The notes under the pieces are model-generated. The model was not told where the DNA came from and did no database searches. It saw only the letters and a program-made list of their open reading frames with translations. A stretch of DNA of 63,466 nt, the filler included, from Octopus bimaculoides (lineage: Eukaryota), in the NCBI RefSeq assembly GCF_001194135.2. It is 5 parts of 4 records of this genome, joined end to end, with 100 filler letters (N's around TTAATTAATTAA, not from the genome) between each part and the next. Parts side by side here need not be neighbours in the genome. Positions count along the whole stretch, not along the records: positions 43,876 to 55,432 come from NC_068985.1; positions 55,533 to 59,749 come from NC_068986.1; positions 59,850 to 63,466 come from NC_068999.1; 2 more parts are not named here. One strand, written 5' to 3'. Below are positions 51,730-63,466 of the stretch, piece by piece. The position numbers and the translations under genes are program-made. Each line of letters opens with the position of its first letter. Positions within the stretch are counted from its first letter, which is position 1.

Positions 51730-52510
51730 TTATTTCAAGATTTCTTGCCAATAGAGAAAAATGCCGGTTTCTAACCTAGAATTTCAACAAAATCAGCAGG
51801 ATATTTTGCACGCGCGCGCGTGTGTGTGTCTGTCTGTTTGCAGTATTTGGAATCAGTGCATATGCATCTTTGTATGTTTTGGTTTTGTTTTATGTATGTA
51901 TTCTCAAGCATATAGTTGCATGTCAAGATATACACACATATACTTAAATGATAGACTTCTGAAAAGTTTTACAGTTCCTGTGATGGCTTGGACCGGTAGT
52001 CTTCGAATCAGCCTTTCTCCTTTCCGATTTTGAGAAGCCTAATTTCTTTCCGATTTTGAGAAGCCTAATTTCTCAAGATTGGTATTTAGGCAGTGTGTTA
52101 CATATCCCAGTGGCCCAATAATTACATGTATAAACCTCATCTTGTAATCTGGGTAGAGTAATTGTAGATTTCTCAATAGTCCAGTGTAGATATTTTCCTT
52201 TTCGCTGATCCTCAGCCGTGTGTTAACATCCGCTGGGCAGCTGATTTCCACAACTTTACACAGTTTCTCTTCTATGTCCCAAATCACCAAGTCAGGTTTA
52301 TTTTATTTAGTATTTTATTGAGATTTTCACTGGGACATTCCACCAGTATCCCTTCTAATTATGCGTTGCTGTGGCTTCTACCATACTGTGGATTCTTATT
52401 TCTTTGGTTTCATGGTTATCCTTCCGACGGATCTCATTAGACAGTGTCTTGACTACATCATCCAATCGGTAAATAGTACCACGATGACATCTTTGGACAA
52501 ATGCTTATGA
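51730..52510 (-). mobile_element. RLE-type non-LTR retrotransposon 3-prime fragment (R4/NeSL-like, distinct subfamily)
   Basis: CPKMSSWYYLP, YWWNVPVK, KPDLVIWDIEEKLCKVVEISCPADVN, EKENIYTGLLRNLQLLYPDYK, AITGTVK; 26-bp tandem duplication at 52021-52072. Confidence 0.85.
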
Positions 52511-52715
52511 TGTGGGTAACACCTTCGATATTAACTCCACAAAGTTTTCATCAGTTATCACATTTTGGTATTTTTCTTGCGTCCTGTATATATATATGTA
52601 TATATATATATATATATATNNNNNNNNNNNNNNNNNNNNNNNNNNNNNNNNNNNNNNNNNNNNNNNNNNNNNNNNNNNNNNNNNNNNNNNNNNNNNNNNN
52701 NNNNNNNNNNNNNNN

Positions 52716-52780
<65 letters not shown>

Positions 52781-53254
52781 CAGACAGACAGATGGACAGA
52801 CTGGCAGACGGACAGATAGAGGAAGGAGAGGGGAGACTGCAGTGAAAGAGTGATATGAATGGCGAAGAGAAAGAGAGAGAAGAAAGATAGAGTAAATGTC
52901 AAAGTGTCGCAAAATAAAGAAAGAATATGAAAGACAGAGGAGGAGGGGAGGAGAGTAAGAGGAAAAGTTTTGACTTAATCGTAAACGGTCATGTATGGAA
53001 CGGCCATGTATGGAACGGTCATGTCAAAAGTGTACGAGTGTACATATTGTTAAGTTCTATGGCAAAAACGATCAAATAGGTTTATTCATGTAATTAAGAA
53101 ACTGGCCTTGTTTCCCTTTCTATTCAATGTGTTGTTCCGTTTTTAGAGGTGGCCACGAGTAATATTGAAGACGATTTGGTTGTTGTTTCTAGCAGGTCGA
53201 GAAACTACGTAGAGACTTTCTTGTTAGACTTTATTGTGTGAGTATCGATAGATG

Positions 53255-53256
<2 letters not shown>

Positions 53257-53325
<69 letters not shown>

Positions 53326-53780
53326 GGATACAACCACGGACACGCACACTAATACACACACACGTACACACCGACACACATATATATACATATATGTATA
53401 GTGAGGATAAGCAAAACACGCTCGAAGTTTCGTGTGTGTGTATGTGTGTGAGTGTGTGTGTATGTGCGTGAGTGTGTGTGTGTGAGAGAGAGAGAGACGT
53501 GCGTGTGTGTGTGTGTGCGTGTTTGAATATATGTATGTATGTGTATGTGCGTGTATGAGTGTGTGTGCGTGAGTCTGTGTGTGTGTGTGTGTTTAAATAT
53601 ATGAATGTGTGTGATTGTGTGTTTGTATGAGTGTGTCTGCGTAAGTGTGTGTATGTGTGTGCTTGTATGTGTGTGTGTGTTTGAATATATGTATGTGGGT
53701 CTATGTGTTTGAATATATGTATGTATGTGTGTGTGTATGTGTGTATGAGTGTGAGTGTGTGTGTGATTGTGTGAGTGTGC

Positions 53781-53811
<31 letters not shown>

Positions 53812-53850
53812 CTTGAATATATGTATGTATGTATGTATGTGTATGAGCAT
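53257..53850. repeat. Long (CA)n then degenerate (TG/TA)n microsatellite field
   Basis: Direct reading; source of the 214-aa His/Thr ORF. Confidence 0.9.
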
Positions 53851-54083
53851 ATATAATAATATCACAAAAACCCACAGGAAAAATCCATTTTAGTTGTGGT
53901 TACATTTTGGGAGAAGGCAGACGCTTCCTCCAGAAATTGGATTACATACGTTTCTGAATATGGAATGTAATAATATGAGTTTAATAAGGTAAGTTTAGCT
54001 TCAGTTTAAACTTTAGCCGGTTTCTTCACGAAAAGAAAAGTGACGGACAATCATGGCACCAAAGACTTGATGAGAGTCTAGAC

Positions 54084-54387
54084 CAGGGCTGGCCACCGCA
54101 GACTTTTATCTTGCGGCCCGCTTGATACTTTCTTGAAATGGGTTTATTTAAGGAAACATTTTAAAACTTGTATCAAAAATTAAAGATTGTAATGAAAAGT
54201 AAAAAATAAAGATACTACTGTTTTTGCAATGATAATATTTCAAGTTGAATCAACGATCATTCATTCATTATTGTAATAATAGCATGGGAAATTAAAATGC
54301 TTTCAATTCTGTCAGTATACAGGGTGCCCTCAAAAAACTTTCTGTGATTAAAGTGGCTCGGAATGTAATTCGAGTTGGCCAAGCCTG
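54084..54387. mobile_element. hAT (Charlie-like) MITE, 304 bp
   Basis: TIRs CAGGGCTGGCCAC and TTGGCCAAGCCTG; 8-bp TSD gtctagac (54076-54083) and gtctaggc (54388-54395). Confidence 0.85.
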
Positions 54388-54933
54388 GTCTAGGCAATAC
54401 CAATTTTCTCTTTAGAAATTTGTTTCTCTAACTTTGTGATGACTGGTTGAGTACCATTTAATAATTAATTAGAAGATATGAATATTTTTCGATGAATTTA
54501 ATGAAATACTTTACCTTAAACGTTGACCTGAGNNNNNNNNNNNNNNNNNNNNNNNNNNNNNNNNNNNNNNNNNNNNNNNNNNNNNNNNNNNNNNNNNNNN
54601 NNNNNNNNNNNNNNNNNNNNNNNNNNNNNNNNNNNNNNNNNNNNNNNNNNNNNNNNNNNNNNNNNNNNNNNNNNNNNNNNNNNNNNNNNNNNNNNNNNNN
54701 NNNNNNNNNNNNNNNNNNNNNNNNNNNNNNNNNNNNNNNNNNNNNNNNNNNNNNNNNNNNNNNNNNNNNNNNNNNNNNNNNNNNNNNNNNNNNNNNNNNN
54801 NNNNNNNNNNNNNNNNNNNNNNNNNNNNNNNNNNNNNNNNNNNNNNNNNNNNNNNNNNNNNNNNNNNNNNNNNNNNNNNNNNNNNNNNNNNNNNNNNNNN
54901 NNNNNNNNNNNNNNNNNNNNNNNNNNNNNNNNN

Positions 54934-55432
54934 CCTAGGAATGATTTCAAGCTTGATTCGTTCGTTGGAGATGGCATCTTTAAGACTGCTTCGACCTTGG
55001 ATCCCTTCGTGATCCCTTCAGCCGACAAAATGTGTCCAAGATATTCTACACTGGGTAGTGCAAACTGGCACTTTCCACGGCGACATCTGAGTCCATTGTC
55101 GCTTAGACGTGTGAGCAGACACTTTAGGTTGTTTAGGTGACTTTTTGCATCTTTCCCACTGACGAGCATGTCATCCTGGAAGACGGCTACTCCAGGTAGA
55201 TCATGTGTCAGGTTTTCCATGACCTCCTGAAAGTAACCAGGTGCTGACTTGATTCCGAAAGGGAGTCGTTGTTGCAGAAGTACTCCACGGTGAGTGCTGA
55301 GTGCGAGTCTGCGTTGACTTTCTGGAGCCAGCTTGATCTGATTATAGGCATCAGCAAGGTCAATCTTTGTATATCCAAATCCACCTCCGAGTTTCTGCAT
55401 CAGTTCAGCAGGGAGTAGCATTGGATGACGGT
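54934..55432 (-). mobile_element. Ty3/Gypsy LTR-retrotransposon RT fragment, uninterrupted, bounded by gaps
   Basis: TKIDLADAYNQI, RLPFGIKSAPGYFQ, VAVFQDDMLVSG, KCQFALPSVEYLGH. Confidence 0.95.
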
Positions 55433-55476
55433 NNNNNNNNNNNNNNNNNNNNNNNNNNNNNNNNNNNNNNNNNNNN

Positions 55477-55488
55477 TTAATTAATTAA
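55477..55488. other. Assembly gap linker TTAATTAATTAA
   Basis: 44 N + 12 + 44 N. Confidence 0.95.
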
Positions 55489-55559
55489 NNNNNNNNNNNN
55501 NNNNNNNNNNNNNNNNNNNNNNNNNNNNNNNNATATATATATAAGCAGGTATAAGTTAG

Positions 55560-56095
55560 ATGTGCTTAAAGCCTCTAAGGGATAGATATATCTAAACTAA
55601 AGGCACTTCTGGTAATTACCTCAATTGGTATATGATAGCTCTAGAACTATGGTCCAACACATATGAAATCATAAACTAGTTATCCACAATCCAAAAGAAG
55701 ATAAACTACAAATTCTTACAAATAGACATAGTAGATTACTACTCATCTATTGATCCTACGATCCTAAATAGCGCCCTTATCTTCGCCAAAAATCATACCC
55801 GATTAACTAGGAAGGAAAGTAACGTAATATTAAAAGCGAGGAAAACAGTGATAAGTTTCGATAATAAACTCTGGTTAAGAAAGGACACCCCCAACCACTT
55901 CGACATTACCATGGGAGCCCAGATTCAGTTCAGGTAACAGACTTAGTGGGCAACTATTTGCTATCATACCTACAGGACGAATTCCCACGACTCAAGAGAG
56001 GCTTATATAGGGGCGACGCACTATTCATACTAAAAAACCTCAAATAGGAGATTAGAACTTATTAAGAAAACCCCCCAGTAGTCACAGGCACGAGC
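55560..56095 (+). mobile_element. Penelope-like element RT fragment
   Basis: WSNTYEIIN, KFLQIDIVDYYSSI, ARKTVISF, FDITMGAPDSVQVTDLVG, GLYRGD match the PLE RT pattern (DI.DFYPSI, FDVTMGS.DGAE.CELVG, GLYRDD). Confidence 0.85.
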
Positions 56096-56459
56096 ATGAT
56101 ATGCCACTGAATAAACATGAGACCACAGGTTCAACTAACTTATATTTTCATCCACTTCATAACGGAATTAACGAACTGGTAACCACAATATAATGTAAGA
56201 CACTCGAATCTTTGATCTCTTTTCCGATGTAACCATTGCTCTTTTACTCTTCTTCTCGCTACCTCAGTCTTCTTCGTTCTGATGATGTCTACCATTAGCA
56301 ACGAGGCAAAAATATAATATATATTTCCCTCACTATGGTAAACAGAAGCGATCGTAAATAACTTCACTCTCACTCTCACCTTTATTTACTAATTAAGTAA
56401 TGGGTTACTAGCGCAAAAGAAACACTTCTGTTTGTTGTTTGTCCTCCATTTTCTTCACA

Positions 56460-56503
<44 letters not shown>

Positions 56504-57025
56504 TGTATGTATGTATGTATGTATGTATGTATGTACATGTATATATGTGTGTGTGTGTGGGTTTGTGTGTGCGTGTGTTCGCACAGGTTTTTGCTTTATT
56601 ATGTTAATTCAATCCATTATCAGAACAGTTTCGCCATGCATTGTATTCCATTTCATCGCAACAGCGATTAAATGGATAGTGAAATATTGAAATAAAATAA
56701 CATTACAAATATTTCTCAAAGGTTTTCCAAAGTGTTTTGTTTTCTAAATTAGCTGAGTAAAAATTATGAAGATGCATTCAGCTGTGGATAATTGATTTGT
56801 CCGCAAAGCAATTATCTGCAACTCAATGAATCTTCAATTCTTCAAACTTGAAAGCTGAGATTCAACTCTTCTTACTCCAACCTCTTACTCTCATTTATCT
56901 ATTTACGAGTATGGGCATGTCAACGAATATACAATCATTGCATAATTAATCTGAGTGACTCTTTACTTCAGATTTTTAAATTTTGAGTAATCTATGTCAA
57001 ACTTCGATAGCGCAGAACTGAGACA

Positions 57026-57083
<58 letters not shown>

Positions 57084-58771
57084 TCTTTATCTCTATCTAT
57101 CTATCTATCTTTCTATCTATCTATCTATTTCTATTTCTCTCCCCGTTCTTCTTTCTCTTCATTTTCCTGCACTCTTCTCCGTCTTCATTTTTCTCATCTT
57201 ATCAACTTAGCCCCATCACTATCACTGTATTACTTTCCTGCATAAGTTTCAACAAAATATATTAGCCACTATTGTAGAAAACCTCTGATCACGAATACTC
57301 GACTATTCCAATTTATTTATTTTACGAGTGGAATATATGAAAGCCAGTGTCTCCCTCGTAAGAGAGGTAGCATATTATGTATTGAACCCACAACTATTTG
57401 CTTTTCATTGTTTCACATGCAAAATTATAAATATCGATATCATATCCCATATACCTAATGTACTCAAGTAATATTTTCAACAGTATCAGGAGACTTAAAT
57501 CTCTTACACACAAGAAAGCAAAAAAGAAAAGAAAAACAGTATATATTGCTCGACACATCCAATCAGTTAGAATGAGAAATATAAATCAAACGTGATAACA
57601 AATAACAGTGAGATACGAACCTGAGTGTAAAACAAGAAACGAATTAGTTTTGCTTCATTTGTGATATCTGAAACGTCATGAGAATCTTACGGAGATACGT
57701 TTGATATTTCGCATTTCATATGAAAGCCAACTCTATATTCACTGAAGTAGATACACAATTAGCATATGTTTCTTATAATTGTCTACATTTCAGTATGCAT
57801 TTTAGTTAATGGATTGGTTCATATTTCTAACATATTCAAATATTATGCTCTGTGAATCGGATTCCTATAATTTTAATATAGTTATATAAATTGTGTTATA
57901 CAGAAACATCTGATTGAACGTATCCGTCAAAGTTTGCGATATATCTGCGTGGGTGTATGTAAATGAATAAATGTATGTGTGTAGGTGTATATACAAATGT
58001 GTGTGCGTGCGTGTGTACATGTGTGTGTGTGTGTGTGTGTGTGTATTCTTAGAATACAACCGGAATGTATCTATGAGTGGAATCTCCGTAGGAGTTCCAT
58101 AAACGAAAGTTTTCAATATTATACTGTCATGTATTGTTTCATACACTAACTAAAAAAGAAATAGTATATTTGATTGTATATTTGACCACAACACAACTTG
58201 TAATGTAGTAAAATGGCTATTTTTGGAGGAAAAAATCTCTGCAGTGCCCACTGTTGAGATGCAAACGAAAACTATACAAATTTATCTAAATGCGAAAACC
58301 CAGGAATATCTATTTTCATATGTATAACTTGAAATTTCTTAGTATTCAGTTAGTCTACAAAATATTATGTCTTTTTATATAGATTTAAGTCTTGCCTATC
58401 AAAGTCCTCTATATATTTGAAATATAAGTTACTTTAACGAAGCGATTCAGTTATCTTGAAGACAAAATTATATTAAAACTTACGACTACTTGCAATCATT
58501 CTTTGCAGTACTTTCCTAAACAAAAATGGATCGTGTTTAGATTCTGTGAGGTTTCTACTTGCCGGTGACACACTGGCATTACACTTTACAGAAGAGTATT
58601 AATAAATTTAGGTGAATTTCAATTCTTTTTTCATTGTACCTTGATGACAATGTGCCTCTCAATTTTGTATCGAATACAGCTTGTTTGCCAGCACGTATCT
58701 TATCTCGATAAAATATGTACAAAACGTGAATAACATTTCTTGAAATAGTCTATTTGTCCTGTGTGTATGTG

Positions 58772-58806
<35 letters not shown>

Positions 58807-58855
58807 AATTATGAAGGTGGCTATTTGCAATTTAGAACCGATAGGCAGCAAGTGC

Positions 58856-59212
58856 AGTTGTGACTAAAGTGAAGGAGGGTGCTAGTAAGCACTAGCATTG
58901 CTAGAAATAAGAGTAAAAAACAACTCTTATCCACGTGAGAGCACTTTTCTAACGGCTGATACGGGAGACAGGCTCCCTTCCTACGACAAGCGAGATGGAT
59001 TCATGTCAGCGCTGATGTCATATTTAATCAATCTTCATCAGTGACCCATTACCCCGTCGCCGAGTGTTAGAGAACCTAAGTCACTTTGTCAGTCTTATAG
59101 AAAATACCATTGTCAGCCGTTAGAAAAATGTTCTCACGTAGGTATGAGTTGTTTTGATTCGCATTTCTAGCAATGGCTTACTAGCACCCTCCACCAATTT
59201 AGGGACAACCAT
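58856..59212. mobile_element. Fold-back MITE with roughly 100-bp inverted repeats (Tc1/mariner-like end)
   Basis: Left arm ggagggtgctagtaagc..cattgctagaaat..ttttctaacggctga pairs with right arm tcagccgttagaaaaa..atttctagcaatggcttactagcaccctcc; right end gggacaacc followed by TA. Confidence 0.8.
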
Positions 59213-59793
59213 ATATACAGTCTCAAACGACCATGTATCTGCGCCTGGAAAATATGTTAACTGCTGATAGCAATACAGAGCAGAGTCTGCTGTAGCTACA
59301 CAGACCTACAGAGGACTTATCAAAAGATAACATAACATTCTTTAGTTGGAGATAAATATCTCAATGACTAACCTATTGGTATTAATACTGATTCAATGTA
59401 GAAGTGCAGGTGAAGGAGTCGGTGATATGATAGGGTTGATGATGGGTGCCGGTGTGGTGGGTGGTGTTGGAGAGGTAAGGGCAAGTGCGGCAGCGTGGGC
59501 GGGAGCAAGGGAACGAGCCGGGTTAGGGCACTATTTGCAACATCAGTGTCTGAATAGACGTTGAGATTCTTATATATTGCTGACTGGGGAATTCGACCGC
59601 TGTGTCTAGCCAGATGTCTGTCACTGAGAAGCTCAAGGAAGCGCGAAATCATGTAAATAACGTAGTATTCTGTGTTAAGTGAGAGTTAAATGTTACCATT
59701 TGGCTTTAATACGGTTTTTGTTACTATTAATTGTTACTTATATACACATNNNNNNNNNNNNNNNNNNNNNNNNNNNNNNNNNNNNNNNNNNNN

Positions 59794-59805
59794 TTAATTA
59801 ATTAA
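59794..59805. other. Assembly gap linker TTAATTAATTAA
   Basis: 44 N + 12 + 44 N. Confidence 0.95.
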
Positions 59806-59849
59806 NNNNNNNNNNNNNNNNNNNNNNNNNNNNNNNNNNNNNNNNNNNN

Positions 59850-59903
<54 letters not shown>

Positions 59904-60084
59904 ACATATATGCATACAAGTAACAACTTTAATGTTCTGAGTCCGACATTAAACTGCATTCGGTGGCGAGGTTCCAGTTTGGGAATTGTGGGAAGCATTG
60001 GAATCACCCCCTTAACTACTATTCTTCCCTGATCCGTTCCGACCTTGAACAGCTGTACACGTCAGGGTTCCCTCTATGGATTAA

Positions 60085-60395
60085 AAAGATTTTGAACTCA
60101 GAACGTAAAGACGAACGAAATGCCGCTAAGCATTTCGTCCGGCGTTGCTAACAATTCTGCCAGCTCGTGCCCCAATGTTGTCTGTAATAATCCTTTTTAC
60201 TATAGGCACAAGGCCTGAAATTGGGGGAAGGAGGATAATCGATTCCATTGACACCAGTGCTCAACTGGTACTTAATTTATCGACCCCGAGAGGATGAAAG
60301 GCAAAGTCAACCTCGGCGGAATTTGAACTCAGAACTTAGTGACGGGCGAAATACCGATTAACATTTCGTACTAACGATTCTGCCAGCTCGCTGCC
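60085..60395 (-). mobile_element. Two head-to-tail SINE family A copies (one full, one 5-prime half)
   Basis: tttgaactcagaac core at about 60090 and 60322. Confidence 0.85.
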
Positions 60396-61340
60396 CTTGT
60401 GTTGCCTGTAATAATAAGAGATCCACAGAAACTGAATGTGTTCTGGTAATTTAGTTTCGTCTAACGCCTTTCTTAGACATATTTTTCTAACGGCGCAGTA
60501 TCTTTCTTGTAGTGTTTATTCTAAATCGCCAACATCGTTTCGCAGCAAATAACAAGACAAGAATTTTTGGAAATTATTCATAATCTCATACCTGAAAGTT
60601 TTCCCGAAACGGTTAGCAAACCTTTTCCCTAGAACTAAACAACATCGTTAAAACTAAATTCCAAGAACAGATTCAGTGCCTATAGATCCCTTATTTGTAA
60701 GAATTATTACAGACAGCATCAACCATGGATTCTATAGTGATTTCATTTTATTCTTGTACCTGTATATGTGACAAAACTTTACGGTAGCGGCGTCTGTGGC
60801 GGCTACGGTGACGATGTAATGATGGTGGGGTGTAAGAGTAGAGGTTACCAAAATACATCTTTTTTGTTATGGTTAATTTCGTAGTCTTTTTATTATTTTG
60901 TTATATCGAAAATAGAAATAACAGACTCGGTGAGTCGGTAAACTTAGTTGAGGTGTTGTGTTTGATGTTGTGCAGTGATGTGTACAGAACAAAAGAGGAT
61001 TACAATATAACACTAATAACTCGGTAATTTTCCCGAATAGTAGTTAAGCCTCTATGTCTTATATACTATGTGTGAAATGTTTTGACAGCCAGAGAAACAA
61101 GTATCAAAAGACAAACGAATCGAAGAAAGGCTTCGTTTAACTTGTATCTACCATTTCGAGATTGTTAACGGCTTCAACGTTTGTTTGTTTATTTGTTTGT
61201 ATGGTTATTGTTTCTTCTTTTTATTTGGTTCTTTTTGTCTCATTTGTGCTCACAAACATACAGTCGTTTATAGAAACATTCATCTCATTTCATTACACTT
61301 ACTTTCAAATATATATACATACATATGTGTGTGGGGGGAG

Positions 61341-61385
<45 letters not shown>

Positions 61386-61544
61386 ATACATGTTTATGCA
61401 GATACACGCTCACACATATCCACGTATATGAATATTCCCATATGCACGTATAAAAATATCTATATAAATACATGTAAATACATGCATACACATACACATA
61501 ATTACGTAGAAAGAGACACGGAGAGACAATGGATAGCAGAAACG

Positions 61545-61660
61545 GTAGAGCAGCGAGAAAAATGCCATGCAGTATTTATAAAGATATTATCTCATAACGT
61601 TCTGAGTTCAAAATCACGTCTCGACAAAATAATACCTACTCCGGTACTAGCATTAATATC
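61545..61660 (+). mobile_element. SINE family A, deleted and decayed
   Basis: aacgttctgagttcaaaatc. Confidence 0.55.
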
Positions 61661-62641
61661 ATCAACATATTTTCGTCTCTCTCTAGACCTAACCACAAAA
61701 AATTGTTAGAATTCGCCTAGTTTAAGAATTATTTTTTCATAATTATGAGCGTGACAAGGAGCGGCTGATTGACAAAATCGTCCATGTCGAACAATAGGAC
61801 GTTCGATCGATGGCAATATCGATTGTACGATGAACAAAAATGGCGGCGATGATAGTACAATCAGAAGCAATGGATGCAGTACCTTGAGATATTTCATTAC
61901 GTGTCTTTTTGTTTGAACTAGGATGAGGTATCCGAAAGGATACTTTTGTTTGCTCCAGAATACACAAATGCCTATAACAAATAGCGAAAGCTGGGTACAA
62001 TGTTTCCATGTCATATTCGCTCGCGAGTAACGGCTGGTTTTACTTTTATTCTTTCATTTTAATCCAGTATTTTATGCATATGTGTGTGCAGACACTGCAA
62101 GTGCATATGACTGCCTTTTGAAAGAATATATGTTAATACCTTATTCCATGACATATAACATGCACATTATTAGAAAACAATCCCCCAAAATATCACTTCG
62201 GGATGGATATACGAATTCAGGTCTATATAATATGCTTTAATACACTTAGTGCATTAAACCTTTTGTCCTTACTTTGCGCAGATAAAATTAGAGTGCATCT
62301 TATTTGTTCGTGTGCCTGTAACGCCATCAGATACAGTACATGTTTAACTTATATAGTCGTAATTTTGTTTTGTTAAGCCATTATATAGTAATTACGTATA
62401 ACTTATATTGATTTCTGAGATGAATTAATCTAAAATTGTGTGTAATTTTCACACCCAAATGCCGTTATTTCCTTCTAGAAAGAGTTTTGTCTGCATTTAA
62501 TGTCATAATGGACACACGCCTCAGAAAGACTGTATCTATTTTCTTCAAGTATATAGTATTCTTCACTCGTCACAGTAAAATTTTAAAATATGTACAGATT
62601 CAAAATGATGTAATTTACACAGAAACCAATTTATTAACTCA

Positions 62642-62840
62642 AAGGCGACGAGCTGGCAGAGTCGTTAACACGCCAGGAAAAATGCTTAATGTTATTTCGT
62701 TCGTCTGTACGTTCTGAGTTCGAATTCTATCGAATCCTTTCGGGGTCGATAGATTCAGTACAAGTTGCGTACTGGGGTCGAACTAATCGACTAGCTCCCT
62801 CCCCGAAAATTTCGGGTTTTGTGCCTTGAGTAGAAAAGTA
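62642..62840 (+). mobile_element. SINE family A with internal deletion
   Basis: aaggcgacgagctggcagagtcgttaac head through gtgccttgagtagaaaag tail. Confidence 0.88.
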
Positions 62841-63321
62841 TAATTTTATCAAATGTCCCATCAGACATAAATTTACAATGATTTGAAACCTGCCATCACT
62901 TTTGTGATTAAACACGTAAAAGATTTTCACTAAATGTATTTAAGAAATCCGTATTAGAGTATAATAGTGAGTGTGTGTGTGTTAGTGTGAGTCTATGTGT
63001 GCACAAGCAGATGTGTGTATTTGTGAATGCGTGAGTTGGTGCAACTGCTGCAGTATTGCAACAAGATCCTACTAAACTTAGTTTCATTTTCATTCATTCT
63101 TGATATCGATAATTTCCCATCCTCATCGCCACCGTTAGTAAAGTTTTATAACATGGATAGGAAATGGTCGTACGCTACAATGAGTTTCGCTCAATGCAGA
63201 ACATGAAAATTGTGAAATAGAGGGAGAGAGAAAGACAGAAAGAGGCGATGGGGGGGAACAACGCCATTAATCCTTACAGAATGTTTTCACTTAAATATTT
63301 ACACACAGAGATATTTATGCA

Positions 63322-63382
<61 letters not shown>

Positions 63383-63394
63383 GTATATGCTCAA

Positions 63395-63429
<35 letters not shown>

Positions 63430-63466
63430 TACATATATACATACATATACATATATACATACATAT

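Noticed and set aside
56380-56407. Minus-strand 28-nt segment with strong acceptor and gtgaga donor
   Set aside because: Stops in all three frames; shows that strong pseudo-exons occur by chance here and tempers the candidate gene models.
1-63466. CRISPR array or prokaryotic defence/operon system
   Set aside because: No regularly spaced direct repeats with unique spacers, no dense ORFs or prokaryotic gene organisation; all repeats are microsatellites or eukaryotic TEs.

Overview
AT-rich eukaryotic draft-assembly DNA, not prokaryotic. The SINE families and extreme microsatellite density point to a cephalopod, most likely Octopus (inference from my recollection of those repeats, not from a search). 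There is no intact single-exon host gene, CRISPR, rRNA or true tRNA. Almost all ORF-track entries are microsatellite, N-gap or low-complexity artefacts. The window looks like a large intron or intergenic tract and contains: three SINE families (about 35 copies, several in head-to-tail clusters); non-LTR fragments (RTE RT, five R4/Dong-type restriction-like-endonuclease fragments of which three abut (TAA)n tracts, an L1/Tx1-like ORF1 piece, a Penelope-like RT and hammerhead-like motifs); an uninterrupted Ty3/Gypsy RT fragment; a decayed mariner (DD34D) joined tail-to-tail to a rosa/Visitor (DD41D) transposase fragment; and two MITEs. Several small minus-strand segments have GT-AG splice signals and compatible phases. 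One chain would encode KR-[27-mer ending RF]-G-RRR followed by a Cys-rich domain, i.e. a possible unannotated neuropeptide precursor. This is speculative and needs RNA-seq. Four TTAATTAATTAA linkers inside 100-bp gaps are assembly artefacts. Repeat boundaries were read by eye and are approximate.
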